Shown piece after piece: positions 1 through 12,435 of a DNA stretch of 64,000 bases; the first letter of the stretch is position 1; every line of letters begins with the position of its first letter. The stretch spans positions 54,252,001 through 54,316,000 of the forward strand of contig CM052816.1 of the NCBI GenBank assembly GCA_028534125.1, written 5' to 3'. The notes beneath the pieces are model-generated. The model searched no databases. It was not told the origin of the DNA and saw only the letters and a program-made list of their open reading frames with translations. A program made the translations under genes and the position numbers. The stretch is from Lama glama (lineage: Eukaryota).

Positions 1-870
1 CACAATTTGTTCTTTCTGGAAGTTTTGGTTTATGGACTGTTGTATTTGAAAAATACTTTCTTTTATTTTAATCAAAACCAATCAAATTCATAGCTACTTC
101 AGAATTAGGAGGACATACTCAAAGTGAAGAAGTAAACACATTAAGAAAATAGTATTTTTCACATCCATATTTATCATTGGAGTAAAACGAATTTCTTGTT
201 GTTTCTGATCTGTGCCATATGAAAACAGATGACTTAGGAAAAACAAGACTGTAATGCCATCTGGGGGCTTTTAGGGACATCACAGTTCACCAGAACTAAA
301 AATCCTGAGGGTAATTTATAATTACCTCCATTTGTCCTTCAGAGTCATAAATACCATTTATTTTTCCTTTTTCACTGTTTTTTACAGTAGTTACACAGAA
401 AGAGTAATGGTTCAAAATATCCTATTTTCTATTATCTACCTTACTAAGATGTTTCTTTCCTGTAGCCAGGAAATTTTTTTCCTCTCAAGAGGCAGGATGT
501 ATATATCATCAAGTGTCTAAAACTTTACATTGCATTATGATATGCAATAGGGTTACAGGGTAAAATCAAATAAGAAGAAACTTAACAAAAAGGCATTACT
601 CATATGTGTGTATGGCAGTGAAACGATGTCTGTTTTTTGGGCTAACCTTAAAAACCCATAGAAGGTTTAGTCACTCCAGCAGAGCCACCTTAAAGGTAGC
701 ATTTGAGAAGTGGTTACAGTGCAACATCTGTTTTTGAGGGGGTTCATTTGCATTGCTCAATTAGTAGTCTTAGCTGAATGCTGAATATTGTTAAGAAAAA
801 AAGAAAGATCCTCTGTGCTATCAGGAGGTAGTATATATAATACATAAGAGATAAAAAATATATAAGAGCA

Positions 871-1068
871 GATAGACTGGGATTTCAAAATTGTAGAACA
901 GATAAACAAGATTACACTGTATAGCACAGGGAAATATACACAAAATGTTATGATAAATCACAGAGAAAAAAATGTGACAATGAGTGTGTATATGTCCATG
1001 TATGACTGAAAAATTGTACTGAACACTGGAATTTGACACAACACTGTAAAATGATTATGAATCAATAA
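871..1068 (+). mobile_element. Young L1 3' UTR fragment running into the gap at its poly(A) signal
   Basis: gatagactgggatttcaaaattgtag...ctgtatagcacagggaaata...ggaatttgacacaac...aatcaataa, a cetartiodactyl/camelid-type L1 3' end. Highly similar to 62578-62672. Confidence 0.8.
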
Positions 1069-1568
1069 NNNNNNNNNNNNNNNNNNNNNNNNNNNNNNNN
1101 NNNNNNNNNNNNNNNNNNNNNNNNNNNNNNNNNNNNNNNNNNNNNNNNNNNNNNNNNNNNNNNNNNNNNNNNNNNNNNNNNNNNNNNNNNNNNNNNNNNN
1201 NNNNNNNNNNNNNNNNNNNNNNNNNNNNNNNNNNNNNNNNNNNNNNNNNNNNNNNNNNNNNNNNNNNNNNNNNNNNNNNNNNNNNNNNNNNNNNNNNNNN
1301 NNNNNNNNNNNNNNNNNNNNNNNNNNNNNNNNNNNNNNNNNNNNNNNNNNNNNNNNNNNNNNNNNNNNNNNNNNNNNNNNNNNNNNNNNNNNNNNNNNNN
1401 NNNNNNNNNNNNNNNNNNNNNNNNNNNNNNNNNNNNNNNNNNNNNNNNNNNNNNNNNNNNNNNNNNNNNNNNNNNNNNNNNNNNNNNNNNNNNNNNNNNN
1501 NNNNNNNNNNNNNNNNNNNNNNNNNNNNNNNNNNNNNNNNNNNNNNNNNNNNNNNNNNNNNNNNNNNN
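1069..1568. other. Assembly gap (500 N)
   Basis: Run of N; the round length suggests a placeholder or estimate. Confidence 0.99.
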
Positions 1569-1949
1569 GGAATTCTAGGTCTTTGATGGTTCCATATAAA
1601 TTTTGTTATGATTTGTTCTAGTTCTGTGAAATATGTCCTGGGTAATTGGATAGGAATTGCATTAAATCTGTAGATTGCCTTGGGCAGTGTGACCATTTTA
1701 ACAATATTGATTCTTCCAATCCAGGAGCATGGAATATCTTTCCATGTTTTAAAGTCTTCTTTAATTTCCTTCATCAATGGTTTATAGTTTTCTGTGTATA
1801 ATTCTTTCACCTCCTTGGTTAGATTTATTCCCAGATATTTTATTACTTTGGATGCTATTTTAAAGGGGATTGTTTCTTTACTTTGTTTTTCTGTTGATTT
1901 ATCGTTAGTGTAAAGAAATGCAACTGATTTTTGAACGTTAATTTTGTAA
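1569..1949 (-). mobile_element. L1 ORF2 fragment (region just after the RT domain), 5'-truncated, uninterrupted frame
   Basis: Translates [15 protein letters not shown]...[20 protein letters not shown]...[30 protein letters not shown]...KFIWN, typical L1 ORF2p. Confidence 0.95.
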
Positions 1950-2639
1950 TTATGGGAAATATTTAAATATCAGGTATTTCCCAGGGATGTTCTATTTTTA
2001 GTGGAAGGTAAGGTAAGGATTTTGAATTTTTTGTTCTTCATGAAATTCCTTTAAAATATACATAATCCTTTACTTCCTTGCTAACATGTATAATGTGTTG
2101 AATATAATTGCAAATAGTGAGGAAGGTGTGTAGGTCTTACCACTGTAGATTTAGCTTATTATTGATCTGTATATCTGTTTTATTAAGCCTTTATTCAGTT
2201 ACATGTTTATCCTTTGTAGTGTGTATCACAGTAACATTTAATGCAATTAATTATGTGACTGTTAAATATTTATCTTCATCTCTAGATGAGAGTGGAGGCC
2301 ATTTTTTAAATTGACCACAGTATCCTTAGTACCTTGCACAGTGCTTTACATGGAGCAGGTGATTAATAGTTGTTAAATGAATGAATGACTCCCTTGGCTG
2401 TTAGGTATACATGTTGCATGCCATCCTAATTCCCTAACCCAACTTCTCCTGTCCCTATCAATTATTCCACTATAATCTCTTAATTTTCTGTTTTGCCTTT
2501 GAGACTGTCTTTTTTTTTTTTTTCCTTCCATTTTTGACTCCATGGGTGACTGCTACTGTGATTATTCCTAATTCTGGCTATCATTGCTCATGTCTTTCAA
2601 CCTTGTTTTCTCTCTTCTTATGTCTTTGGTATTTAGTTG

Positions 2640-3345
2640 CCTTTCCCACGTGCAGTGCAATTCTGGCACTACTTGGAGTTAGCTTGAATTTTATAAGTTA
2701 AGGGCGCAACACTCCCCTCACCTCAATCACCAGCTCCAGTCTCCTGGGTTCCCAGGCCACCCACACTTCTGACCAATTAGCTACAAATTTCCACTACCTC
2801 CTCAGGTTTGATAATTCTCTAGAATGATTGATAGAACTCAGGAAAGTACTATACTTATGATTATAGTTTTATTATAAAGGGTATGGTCGGGATAAGCCAA
2901 ATAAAGTGATGCATAGGATAAGTTCTAGAAAGGTTCCAAATGCAAGGCTTCTGTGTCCTCAGAACATGTCACCCTTCCATAACATTAATTTGTATGACCA
3001 ATGAGGAAGCTCACTTGAGTTCTCGGTGTCCAGAGTTTTTTGGAGGGTTTCATTACATAGGAATGATTTTTTGAATTATTTGCCACATGATTGAACTCAA
3101 TTTCTAGGCCTTCTCTCCCTTCCACCCCCTCCCTACCTGCTGAGGTTAGGAGGTCAGAGTGATATCCCATGGCTCAAAGCCCTAACCCTCTAATTACATG
3201 ATTCATATTTCCCACATAGGCAGCCCTCATCCTTAAATTGTCTAGGGATTCACCATGTCTCACCTTGTTAGCATAAACTCAGGTGAGGTCTCAGGGGCCC
3301 AGCTGTCTTCTAGAAACCAGGGACAAGTCCAGCCAAATTATTATA
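2640..3345 (-). mobile_element. MER21-like solo LTR (approximate ends)
   Basis: ccacccacacttctgacc...ctcaggtttgataatt...agaactcaggaaag...ttattataaagg; reverse-complement similarity to 31913-32780. Confidence 0.65.
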
Positions 3346-3979
3346 TGAAAATATGCTCCTCAATTTTTGCTAAAGAGGATTTGCCTTATATATATATTAC
3401 TAGCATGTCAACATTATTTTCAAGATGTGATGTGAGCCAACCAAATCATAGCATGTTAACCATAGTATAATAATCTTCAGCCTTTTTGGTAATATTCATT
3501 GTTGCTATGCCCTAAGAGATATTTGTTTATTTATTTAGTCATTCATCTTTGACTAAGCATATTTGGAAAGATAGGACGTTTGTTTTCTCGTACTATATTT
3601 AAACATGGTAACTTGCTAGGTAAGTAAAAAAAAAAACCAAATAATTTTTAGACCATAACTATCAATATTTGGACTTTAAGAATTCTCAAAGTCATTTTGT
3701 CTAAGAAAGTTAAACAGTTTACTTTCAGGGTGTGGTCTTTAAATTTGTATCTAGATTAACTATTAAGAGTCCGTGTTGATTGCTTTCTGTCCTTCAAAAT
3801 GTCTTATTGGCTATAAAATACATAGAAGAAGAATCTTCAGGAAAGGCCATCTGTAGAATAATGATCATTGTGTAGATACTGATGTTTGATTTCATTTCCC
3901 CACAGTGGTGCTTGTGTCTACTTCAGTTGTTCAATGATATAGTAAATGTTGTATAAACAGCAAAAAACTATAGATGAGT

Positions 3980-4490
3980 TTATCAGTTATCTATTGCTCT
4001 GTCAAATATCAGCCCAGATTTAGCAGTTTAGAACAACCACTGTTTAATTATTTCACTATTTTGTGGGATGGCAGTTTGGGCTAGGCTCTGCTGAGTGAGT
4101 TCTTTTGTGTGTGCCAGGATCAGCTGATCTTGGTTAGGGTCACTTGTGCATCTGTGGTCAACAGGTAGATGGGCTGGGGTTGGCAGGTTTATAATGATCT
4201 CAGCTGGGATGACTGGGGTCTCTCTCCATGTGAGTTACTCAAGTGCTTGTTCGCACAGTGATGGAGTTCAAATACCAGCAAAAGGGCAAGCTCCAGTGTG
4301 AAACTCTTTCAGTCTTTTTTCATCATGTCTGCTACTCTTTTCGTTGGCCAAAGCAAGTCAAGAGCTGGCATGAATTCAACAGATTGACAAATAAACTCTA
4401 CCTCTTGATGGGAGAAGCAACTAAATTCTGTTGCATGTGGTGTTGGAAATAGGGAGGGAAATTGGTGGCCATGTCTGCTATCTACCACAG
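3980..4490. mobile_element. MLT1 (ERVL-MaLR) solo LTR
   Basis: Begins tcagttatctattgct, contains cagtttgggctaggctctgctg, ends tctaccaca; typical MLT1 layout. Confidence 0.65.
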
Positions 4491-6149
4491 TGAATCTAAA
4501 TGTCTAGAGTAGATTAATTAATAGCCTATTTTTTTACTTTTAAAAAATAAATAAATTATTACATGAATCACATTTGATCTTTGTGCTCAAGTCATTATTA
4601 TGTGTCAAAATGTACATATGATTAGGTATGAAGTTCTTTTTATTCGGTTGCAGAGCTGAAGAACTATGATCTGTTTTGTTTTTAAAAATTTAATTCTGTA
4701 GTATATTAAAAAACAACTGAATCATTGTTGGTAAGAAAGAAAAAATATACAAACAGTGTAGCTGTTATAAGTGGAAGAGCTCAGGGTTTTCATTCTTGAT
4801 TTAATAGTTTTGATAGTTCAGACATATTTTTACCACTGCATATGTATGTTATTTATGCATTGTCAAATTATAGAAATACCTTTCTAGTTTTCACATAAAT
4901 ATATCATTATACTTTTATTTATTTATTTTTTTTTTAGTTTTTATAGACATCACATTCTGGTTTTTTGGTCAGCTGTTGTAATCCAGGTTTCACGCTTCAA
5001 GTACTTAGATAATATCATTTTATTGAGAATTTTGCAGAAGGATTTTCTTGTTTTCTCGGTGGCTCAGCTAAAATCAGTGAGTGGAAAATTTTCTCAGATT
5101 GGTTTTTGAAGATACCAGATAAATCCTGTATAACCTAACAGACAGCTGCCTTTTCTTTTCTTCTTTAGAATTTTTTTGAACATGAAGTGAGGGTCATATT
5201 GATTGGGAGATCACTAAAGAAGGCTAAGCCTCAGCAAGAGTCTTCCAAAAAATGGACTGTGCTAAAATTGCATGTAATACTCTAGCATTTGACACATTAA
5301 ACTAAACTGAGTTCATAACACATTTTAAGAATAGTTTTCTTTGTTGCTCATTTGACCATTCCTTGCTCCTCCAGGAAACAGACAAGGTTATGTAGGATGG
5401 TGATCATGACTGGAAAAGAATCAGGTGACCCATGAAATGCCAGACTGGAGAACAAAATGTCCACTAGGATGACTGGTGAAGCTGTACATTCACGAGAATC
5501 TAAACAAACTCAGTACAGTTTGATAATTCACTAACAACAAACAATATGTTACATCTTTAAGAGAGTATTCTAAAGCTAAGAATATCTTTCTCTCTTACAT
5601 TTAGAGAATAGAAGTCAATAGTCAAGATAATTTAGTCTCCTAATACCTGGGTTTCCTAGGAAGCAGACAATAGAGTTAAGCATGCAAAACATTTGTTAGA
5701 AATACCACTGAAGGGGAAAGGGAAGAAGCGTGACTGGACAAGGGCAGCCATCCCAGACTGTGAAGCAGATTTGACAGAGTCTCTGTGAGCCCATCTTGGA
5801 GCTCTGGAGGGAGGAATGCCCTTTAGATGAGTCCTGCATTCAGGAAATAACTAGGACTCTGTAGCCTGAAGTCCTTGGACATTGACTCAGGGTCATCCAA
5901 GAACATGCCCTGGCTTCCAGCAAGTTGCTTATGTCCCAGTGGCTGGAGGCCAACTGAGATAGTAGGACTTTAGCTTAAAAGCTAAAATGGACTCTTAAGT
6001 CAACAGGTGGTGGCAGATAACCACATTCCTTGTAGCTAGGCAGCTAGTTTTCTCTTGAAGGGGCATCTGCAAGTCAAGATCTGTACTGCCTTTTTTATAC
6101 AAACTATCGTGGGATCAGTAATGGACATTGTTCTTTATAGAAGAATTCA

Positions 6150-6650
6150 AGCTAGGAAGAATCATAAAATTGGGATGTTACAGTTTTGCAACCTCTAATA
6201 GAATAGCAAATGTAGGGACTAGTTATTAATGGCTCTTAACATCACCCACACCAAAAAAACATTGCCAGAAATTATATTTCCTGATGGGGGTATATAAACT
6301 ACCTATGAAGTGGTCTTACCAAAAAATCAAATTCAAATATGATTAAGTCTCTGGATCTCTCAATTTACCAGGAACACAGGGGACGAAGGTGCACATTAAA
6401 CGACAGCACAAGAAGGTAACTAGCAATATCCAGAATGTGAGAACTCTGTTAAGACAAATACTTAATTGCAGGGAAAAATTATATGAAGAAGGAATCAGTA
6501 GAATAAAAGAGACTTTAGAGATACATTAATCATTTGCGGGTATATCAACCTTATTTAGATGCTACTTCTAATACACTTAAAAACCTTATGTGACAATCAG
6601 GGAAATTTGATTACTGACTAGGTATGTGGTGACATTAAGGAATTAAGTCA
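6150..6650 (+). mobile_element. Old L1M 3' end fragment (L1MC-like)
   Basis: acctatgaagtggtcttaccaaaaaatc...agagactttagagatacattaatc...gacaatcagggaaatttga..actgactag. Confidence 0.5.
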
Positions 6651-9600
6651 CTGGTACAGCTGGACATCTGCAAGCTTCCCACTTACCTCAAAAATAAGAG
6701 CAAACCAGAATGTTCCCTCTCGATGAACAGACAGATCCTCAGAGAAAACCCAGAGGGTCTGAACTGAGCATTCTCAATTCATTTTCTTAAACTCTTTTAT
6801 TACATCAATGTGTTAGAGAGAAGCCAGAGATGTTTCTCTAGTAGAAGTCTCTTCAGGAAACCTGAGCTCAGAATAATGGAGGTTTCCCTAATAGAAGTCA
6901 CAGGGATTTTCTTGTGTTCTAATACTTACAAACTTGACATAGGTTAGCTTCCTGTTTGTTATATGGGGGAGGGGAAAATTTACCAAAGGTTTTACCTTTG
7001 CAAATGACCATGGGAACTATGGAATTTCCCCATCTCTATTCAGGTTGTGAGCTAAAAAAGGAACCTTACACCTTCAGATACTAGAATTGTGTTATTATAT
7101 ACATTTTACTTAATCAAGGGAAAAAATTTGATGTTCAAGTAGATGTAGTGAAAGAATCAGTGGCTTCAATGTCTATGGTTCCTGAAAATGCTTTGAAATT
7201 GCCTTCAAGTTTTCTTATGTCTGTCTATAGACGTCTCTAATTTTCTTCTAGTAGTACTAGCTTATAAGTAAAAGTCTATTTTAAATGATAATTTTGTTAT
7301 TTTTTATTTTTGGTCTCTGATTTTGTAGTAGCATTTTAACTTTATTATATTTCAAATAATATATACCATTTTAGTTGCATCATGATTAGAAAGTACTTGT
7401 GGATTTGGTCGGAAGTTAGCTAACACTGGGACTTCTGTATTGCCATAATACATTGTATTTATATATTTCCAGTGCTTTATGGTTGTGAAGATACTGAATA
7501 CAGGAAAGTTTATGTTCAGGTATATGGGCTATCTTTTTTATGTCCTTTAAGGTTGTATTTGAGTGTATAGCACCTTTGACTTAATTGAAATAAGTTCTCA
7601 GAATAAGAACTATTAAATAAGCACTTAGGTAATGGAGAGAGGAATTACTTATGGAAATATTTTATTTTATCCAAATCTTTGTCTACCTTTGCTGTATTTC
7701 AGCCCATACTTGGCAAGAATGTGAGTACTTTCTCTGAGATGTTCCAAAGGAAGGTGTTTAAAGGGAATGATTTCTATAAACTGAAATGAGTATAAATGAG
7801 AGTTCTCAATGGATTCATAATTTGGACCCTGTAGCATTACATAATAATGTAGACTGTGAGTTCTTTAAGGGTAAGCACTATCTCATTGATGTTTACTCTT
7901 AGGATCAAGCAGGTAGACATATAAAGTTAATGCTTATTGTATGGTGGGCGCTTGATAAATGCTTCTTGAGTGAGTGAATCATCAGCTCTCACAGCAAATT
8001 TAATTCTCACAGTTAGGGAAGGAGAGGATGAAACAAGTCTAGAAGCTCTGCAGTAGGTCTTCATTAAATCATGCTCCACTTTTTAAAAACTTTTTTCATA
8101 CGTATAGCTTTTGCTTAGTCATTTAATTATATAGTCTCAATGGGTATTTTTAGTCTTGGTTTCCAGTTGAGAAAGTTGAAGGTTATGTATAAGAATGAGA
8201 CAGGAAAATTAAAAAAAAGGAATTTATTTTTGTATGTAGTGTTATTCTGGGCTTTACATTTTTTGAATTTCTATTTTTGTAGTGACAATATATTGGTATA
8301 TTAATCATGATAAAAGGAGAAAGTGAGGTTATACTGATACTATTAATGAATCTGTTTCACAGAGCCCTTTCTATACTTAAATATTTGCTTATTCACTGGA
8401 AAAGCTTTTTTTTTAGTCCTTAAAATCTTCCGGATGTAACCAGATATTTGTTGGATTAGAAAGTGCTATATTAGATCAGTAATTATGGCAATTACTCTGT
8501 TTCATTGATTCTAAAAAGCCTGTTTTTTTCTATTTTAACATCTCTAACATGTAGATGAATCATATAATTGATGGTGTTTTTTATTTATAACTGACAGCAT
8601 TTTGTCTTGATAGTAGATAAAATAATAGAATGTCTTAAAGTTGATGTCTCAGATTTGATAAATTACAGTACATTTCTAAACAGTCACTAAGTTTTAAGAT
8701 CTTGAAGAAAGAACCACATATAACTGATCCTGGCATTTCCCTAACACTTGGTATGAAATCTCACTAAATATATTTTGTGCTAATCAGTAAGATTTCTCTT
8801 AAAATCTTATATTTAGACATGAATCTTTGGGTTCTATTAATTTAGAGTGTTTTAAAAAAATTGTATATTGTTATATGACAATATAGCCATTATTCTTCCT
8901 TCTACTGAATAGATTAAGCCTTATTGACATTTTAATTATTCCTTTTTTATAGTTCATTACTTCTTTTCATCAATTACAGTGTATCTTACCGTTAAGTATT
9001 CTTCAGTTAAATTTTCATTTCTGATTTGGACATAGCTGGAGTGTATGCTTGACTGATGAGGATAAATTGATTTCATGTAAGATAAACTAATATAATGCTG
9101 CTAGTTTTCAGTTATCCATCCTAGGAGAATGAATAATTGTAGTTTGTGAATGATCTCCCACCCCTTTATTAGTTATTCTGTGATAGGGACTAATATGTAG
9201 CAAAGTCATACTGGTTTGCATTTTAAAGCTTCATGTTTCCTCTTTAGAGGAGGTGATAATACATACTGAAATGGCAAAAAAAAAAAAGCAATAGAATATT
9301 TGAGAATTGAAAAGCCTGAATAATCCACAAACTGGGTAGTTGACCTCTGAGCAGTAAAAAATTGGCTGTGATTTCGTGCATTACTATTGAGCATTGTTTA
9401 GATTTAACTTTTGTTCACTACTGATTGAATTAAAATTTGAGGTGAAATGCTCTATATCTCATTTCTAGACTCTCATTCAATCATCTCATTGTGAAGTGAG
9501 ATTCAGACATGATGAAACAATAATGAGAAGTTAAAAATCAGGGTTAGAAAAAAGTATGTATGTTCAACCTACAGTCTTCTAAGAGGGAGAAAAGCAATTA

Positions 9601-11505
9601 TAAGAGTTTCAAGAATCAATAGAAATTGATGTTTTATACGAAGGAAAACTTAAGATTTTAAGCCCTGCCCTCCCTACCATCACTAGACAAATAGAAAGAA
9701 ATCAATAGGCCTAGAAACATAAGCTATTAAAGACTTATATCCAGCAACCATTTTGATACTCAAGGCTTTGTTTAAATATTCTGATTCAGAAAACGTATTT
9801 AATTAAGCATAAGAAATTATGTTTTTAAATACAAAATGATTGTTTTCTTTTTAATCTCCACATCTTTTATATGTTTCATTTTGAAAAAATAAATGTTGGG
9901 TATAGATTTTAAAATAACTCTTTGTATGGTTTCTATCTAGTTAACTAAGAAGTTTTAAAGCTCCTTTCTGTTAAAAAATATATAGTTCTTTATTAAAAAT
10001 TAACTAATTTTGACCAATTTCCCATCTTCTGGATAGTCTCTTAGCTTCTGCAGTAGATGTAATCAAAGGATTTTTGAAATAAGTACTGAGTATGGGAGTT
10101 TTTAGAGCCAGTGAAGACAATAGCTACATATGAGATGTTGAAACTGAGCATGGGAAATTTGAACTTGAAGCTCAGTTAAGTAATGTTTTATATGACTGAG
10201 GTAGTGAGAGTGTATGGATCTCTATAGGTTAAAATTCATTAAGAAAGGTTCTCTCAGGAACAAAGTAATTTTTGTGTCTAGTGTATCAATTCTACTTCTC
10301 TCCCAATGACACACATGTGGCTAACAATGTTTACTTTAATGAAGACATTCAAGACATACTCAGATTTTGTGAAACGCTAACAGTCTTGCAAGGAATGGTA
10401 AGTTTTCTAAATGACATAGCTGCTAGAGGAGTACCATTTATTAATGGCTGTTAACCATAGGGAGTCAGTTATATGCAGGTCATAGTTTGTTCTCTGTATT
10501 ACCACTTCTTTCTTTCTTGTTCAAAAAAGCAAACCTTGAATTCAACTGAATGAAAGTGATATTATGGGAACAACTTTGAACTGATTTTGGTTTATTAAAG
10601 AATCATTTACAAACCTGTGTACTACATTATTAGTAACAAATTACTTGATGTGCTTACAGTGTGATTTCTGTACACCACTGTGTCAGGATACTACTTGAGA
10701 ACAGTGCTTCTTGATTTTACTATAATGCAGCCACTATGATGAATATTCCTGTACAATAAATTATTTTTCTTGATAGTGTTTGTGTCATGGATATCTTCTC
10801 TACCAAATGTAGATGATTATTCTTTGACATATAGTGAATGGAAAGTAAAGAGGAAAGAGAAAGTATAATTGAGTTCATCATAGCTGCAGCTCTTTTTTCA
10901 TGCTAAGAAGCAAACGTTCTTTTATGTCTCCTCATTTCAGGGATTTTCACTAAAAAACAAACAAACAAACAAAAAACCCAAAAGACCAAACATTCCAAAC
11001 CAAGAACACAGTATTTATGTGGAAAGACCCAGACCTAAGAACTGAGAGGAGCAAAGGAAAGATCTTGGCTTTAAATAGTAGAGTTAAAATATGTAAATAT
11101 CTTTACCAAGAAAATAATAGAAACAATGAACTTATCTAAGAACATGATTTCTTTGTTCCACTCCTGGAATATCACCTCCTGTCAGTGTAGCTTTTCCTCA
11201 GCTTGGTTCCATGTCACTTAAGTCAGAGTTTAATCATATAATTTTAAAGCAGGGAAGAACTTTAAAGATCATTTATAAATCTCCCTTATTCTTACATGCT
11301 TAGTAGTTTGTTCGTTCTAACTCTGAATGGTCTTACTTATCTTTGAATTCTTAGCACCTGGCACAAAATTTAGAAGGTATTCTATAAGTATTTGTTAAAT
11401 TAGGTTAAAGAACTTAATCTGCATTGTTATTTGTCAGTTAAAATACAATTAATAAGATCTGATGGTCTTAGTAATTGTTGAACTTAAATGTGACCAGTGA
11501 CTGTT

Positions 11506-11534
11506 TTTTCCTTAACCTTTTTTTTTCTAACCAG
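11506..11534 (+). promoter_or_regulatory. U12-type branch point (TTTTCCTTAAC) and AG acceptor of the intron before exon 11535
   Basis: Exact TCCTTAAC at 11509-11516, about 19 nt upstream of the AG. The donor is outside the window. Confidence 0.65.
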
Positions 11535-11583
11535 ATTTGCATCTGCTGGTGATGATGGAATTGTAGTTGTGTGGAATGCCCAG
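11535..11583 (+). CDS. WDR41: WDR41 coding exon (probable exon 3), 49 nt: (R)[16 protein letters not shown]
   Basis: ccag|ATTTGCATCT...GCCCAG|gtgtgt; phase 2 in, phase 0 out. Confidence 0.93.
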
Positions 11584-12395
11584 GTGTGTAATGATTCTCT
11601 GTGAATTGTGTCATAAAGTTGAGTATGCGTTCATAAACATTATCTGGGGATATACCTGCATATCAGTAGACTAATACTCGAAAGGGGCTACTTAGGATGA
11701 ATCCATTTAAAATGAGGACCAGTATTTCATAATAGAGTTTTTTAAGATTTTTCCTGAGAAACAAATGCCAAATTATGAAAATAAAAGTTTTTATCTTACT
11801 TAAACAAAATTTAAGTTATTGGCAACTATGCATTGATTCTGAAAATATATCAGGTGTTGATTTTTGTGGGGGGCAGTTTTTCTGTCAAAATTGTTTAATA
11901 GCATAATAAAACATTCTTCTCCTGTTTGACTTTAATAGTATTATAATAAAAGTCTTATTTTTTCAAATATATTTAAGGCTTTACCGAATTTCTCAGGACC
12001 TCTCTTCCCGATCCTTTGATACTCAAGTTACTCTCATTTGAAGCATTTATCTTCTTCTTGCCCTTGTTTGTACTGTTATCTGATCTGACTCTGTCAGATC
12101 CTCAGTTTTCAAAGGCTTTGCCTGTGATTAATGCAGTTTTTTTTTAACATTGTGTCCATCATATACATGAATTCCTGCAACCTTGGAAAGATTTGTAATG
12201 TATGTTATTATTTACATTGCACTTTTATATGTTTACTACTTGGGAAATAGTGAGAGACTGCTGGATGAAGGCATTGTATGGATGGGGATAGCTGTTGATG
12301 TTAAGAGAGAAGTAGAGTGAACACTGACTTTGTGAGTGGTTGATACAGTATTGGATATATTTGAATGTATATATAGTTACTATATATGTTTGTGG

Positions 12396-12435
<40 letters not shown>

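Noticed and set aside
1055..1810. 251-aa ORF in the track
   Set aside because: Two thirds of it is the N gap; the real part is an L1 ORF2 fragment.
7703..7720. Possible 18-nt microexon (tttcag|CCCATACTTGGCAAGAAT|gtgagt) in the WDR41 intron
   Set aside because: Splice-like flanks and in frame, but the peptide is not in the WDR41 sequence I recall. Such pseudo-exons are common, and U2 sites would not pair with a probable U12 host intron.
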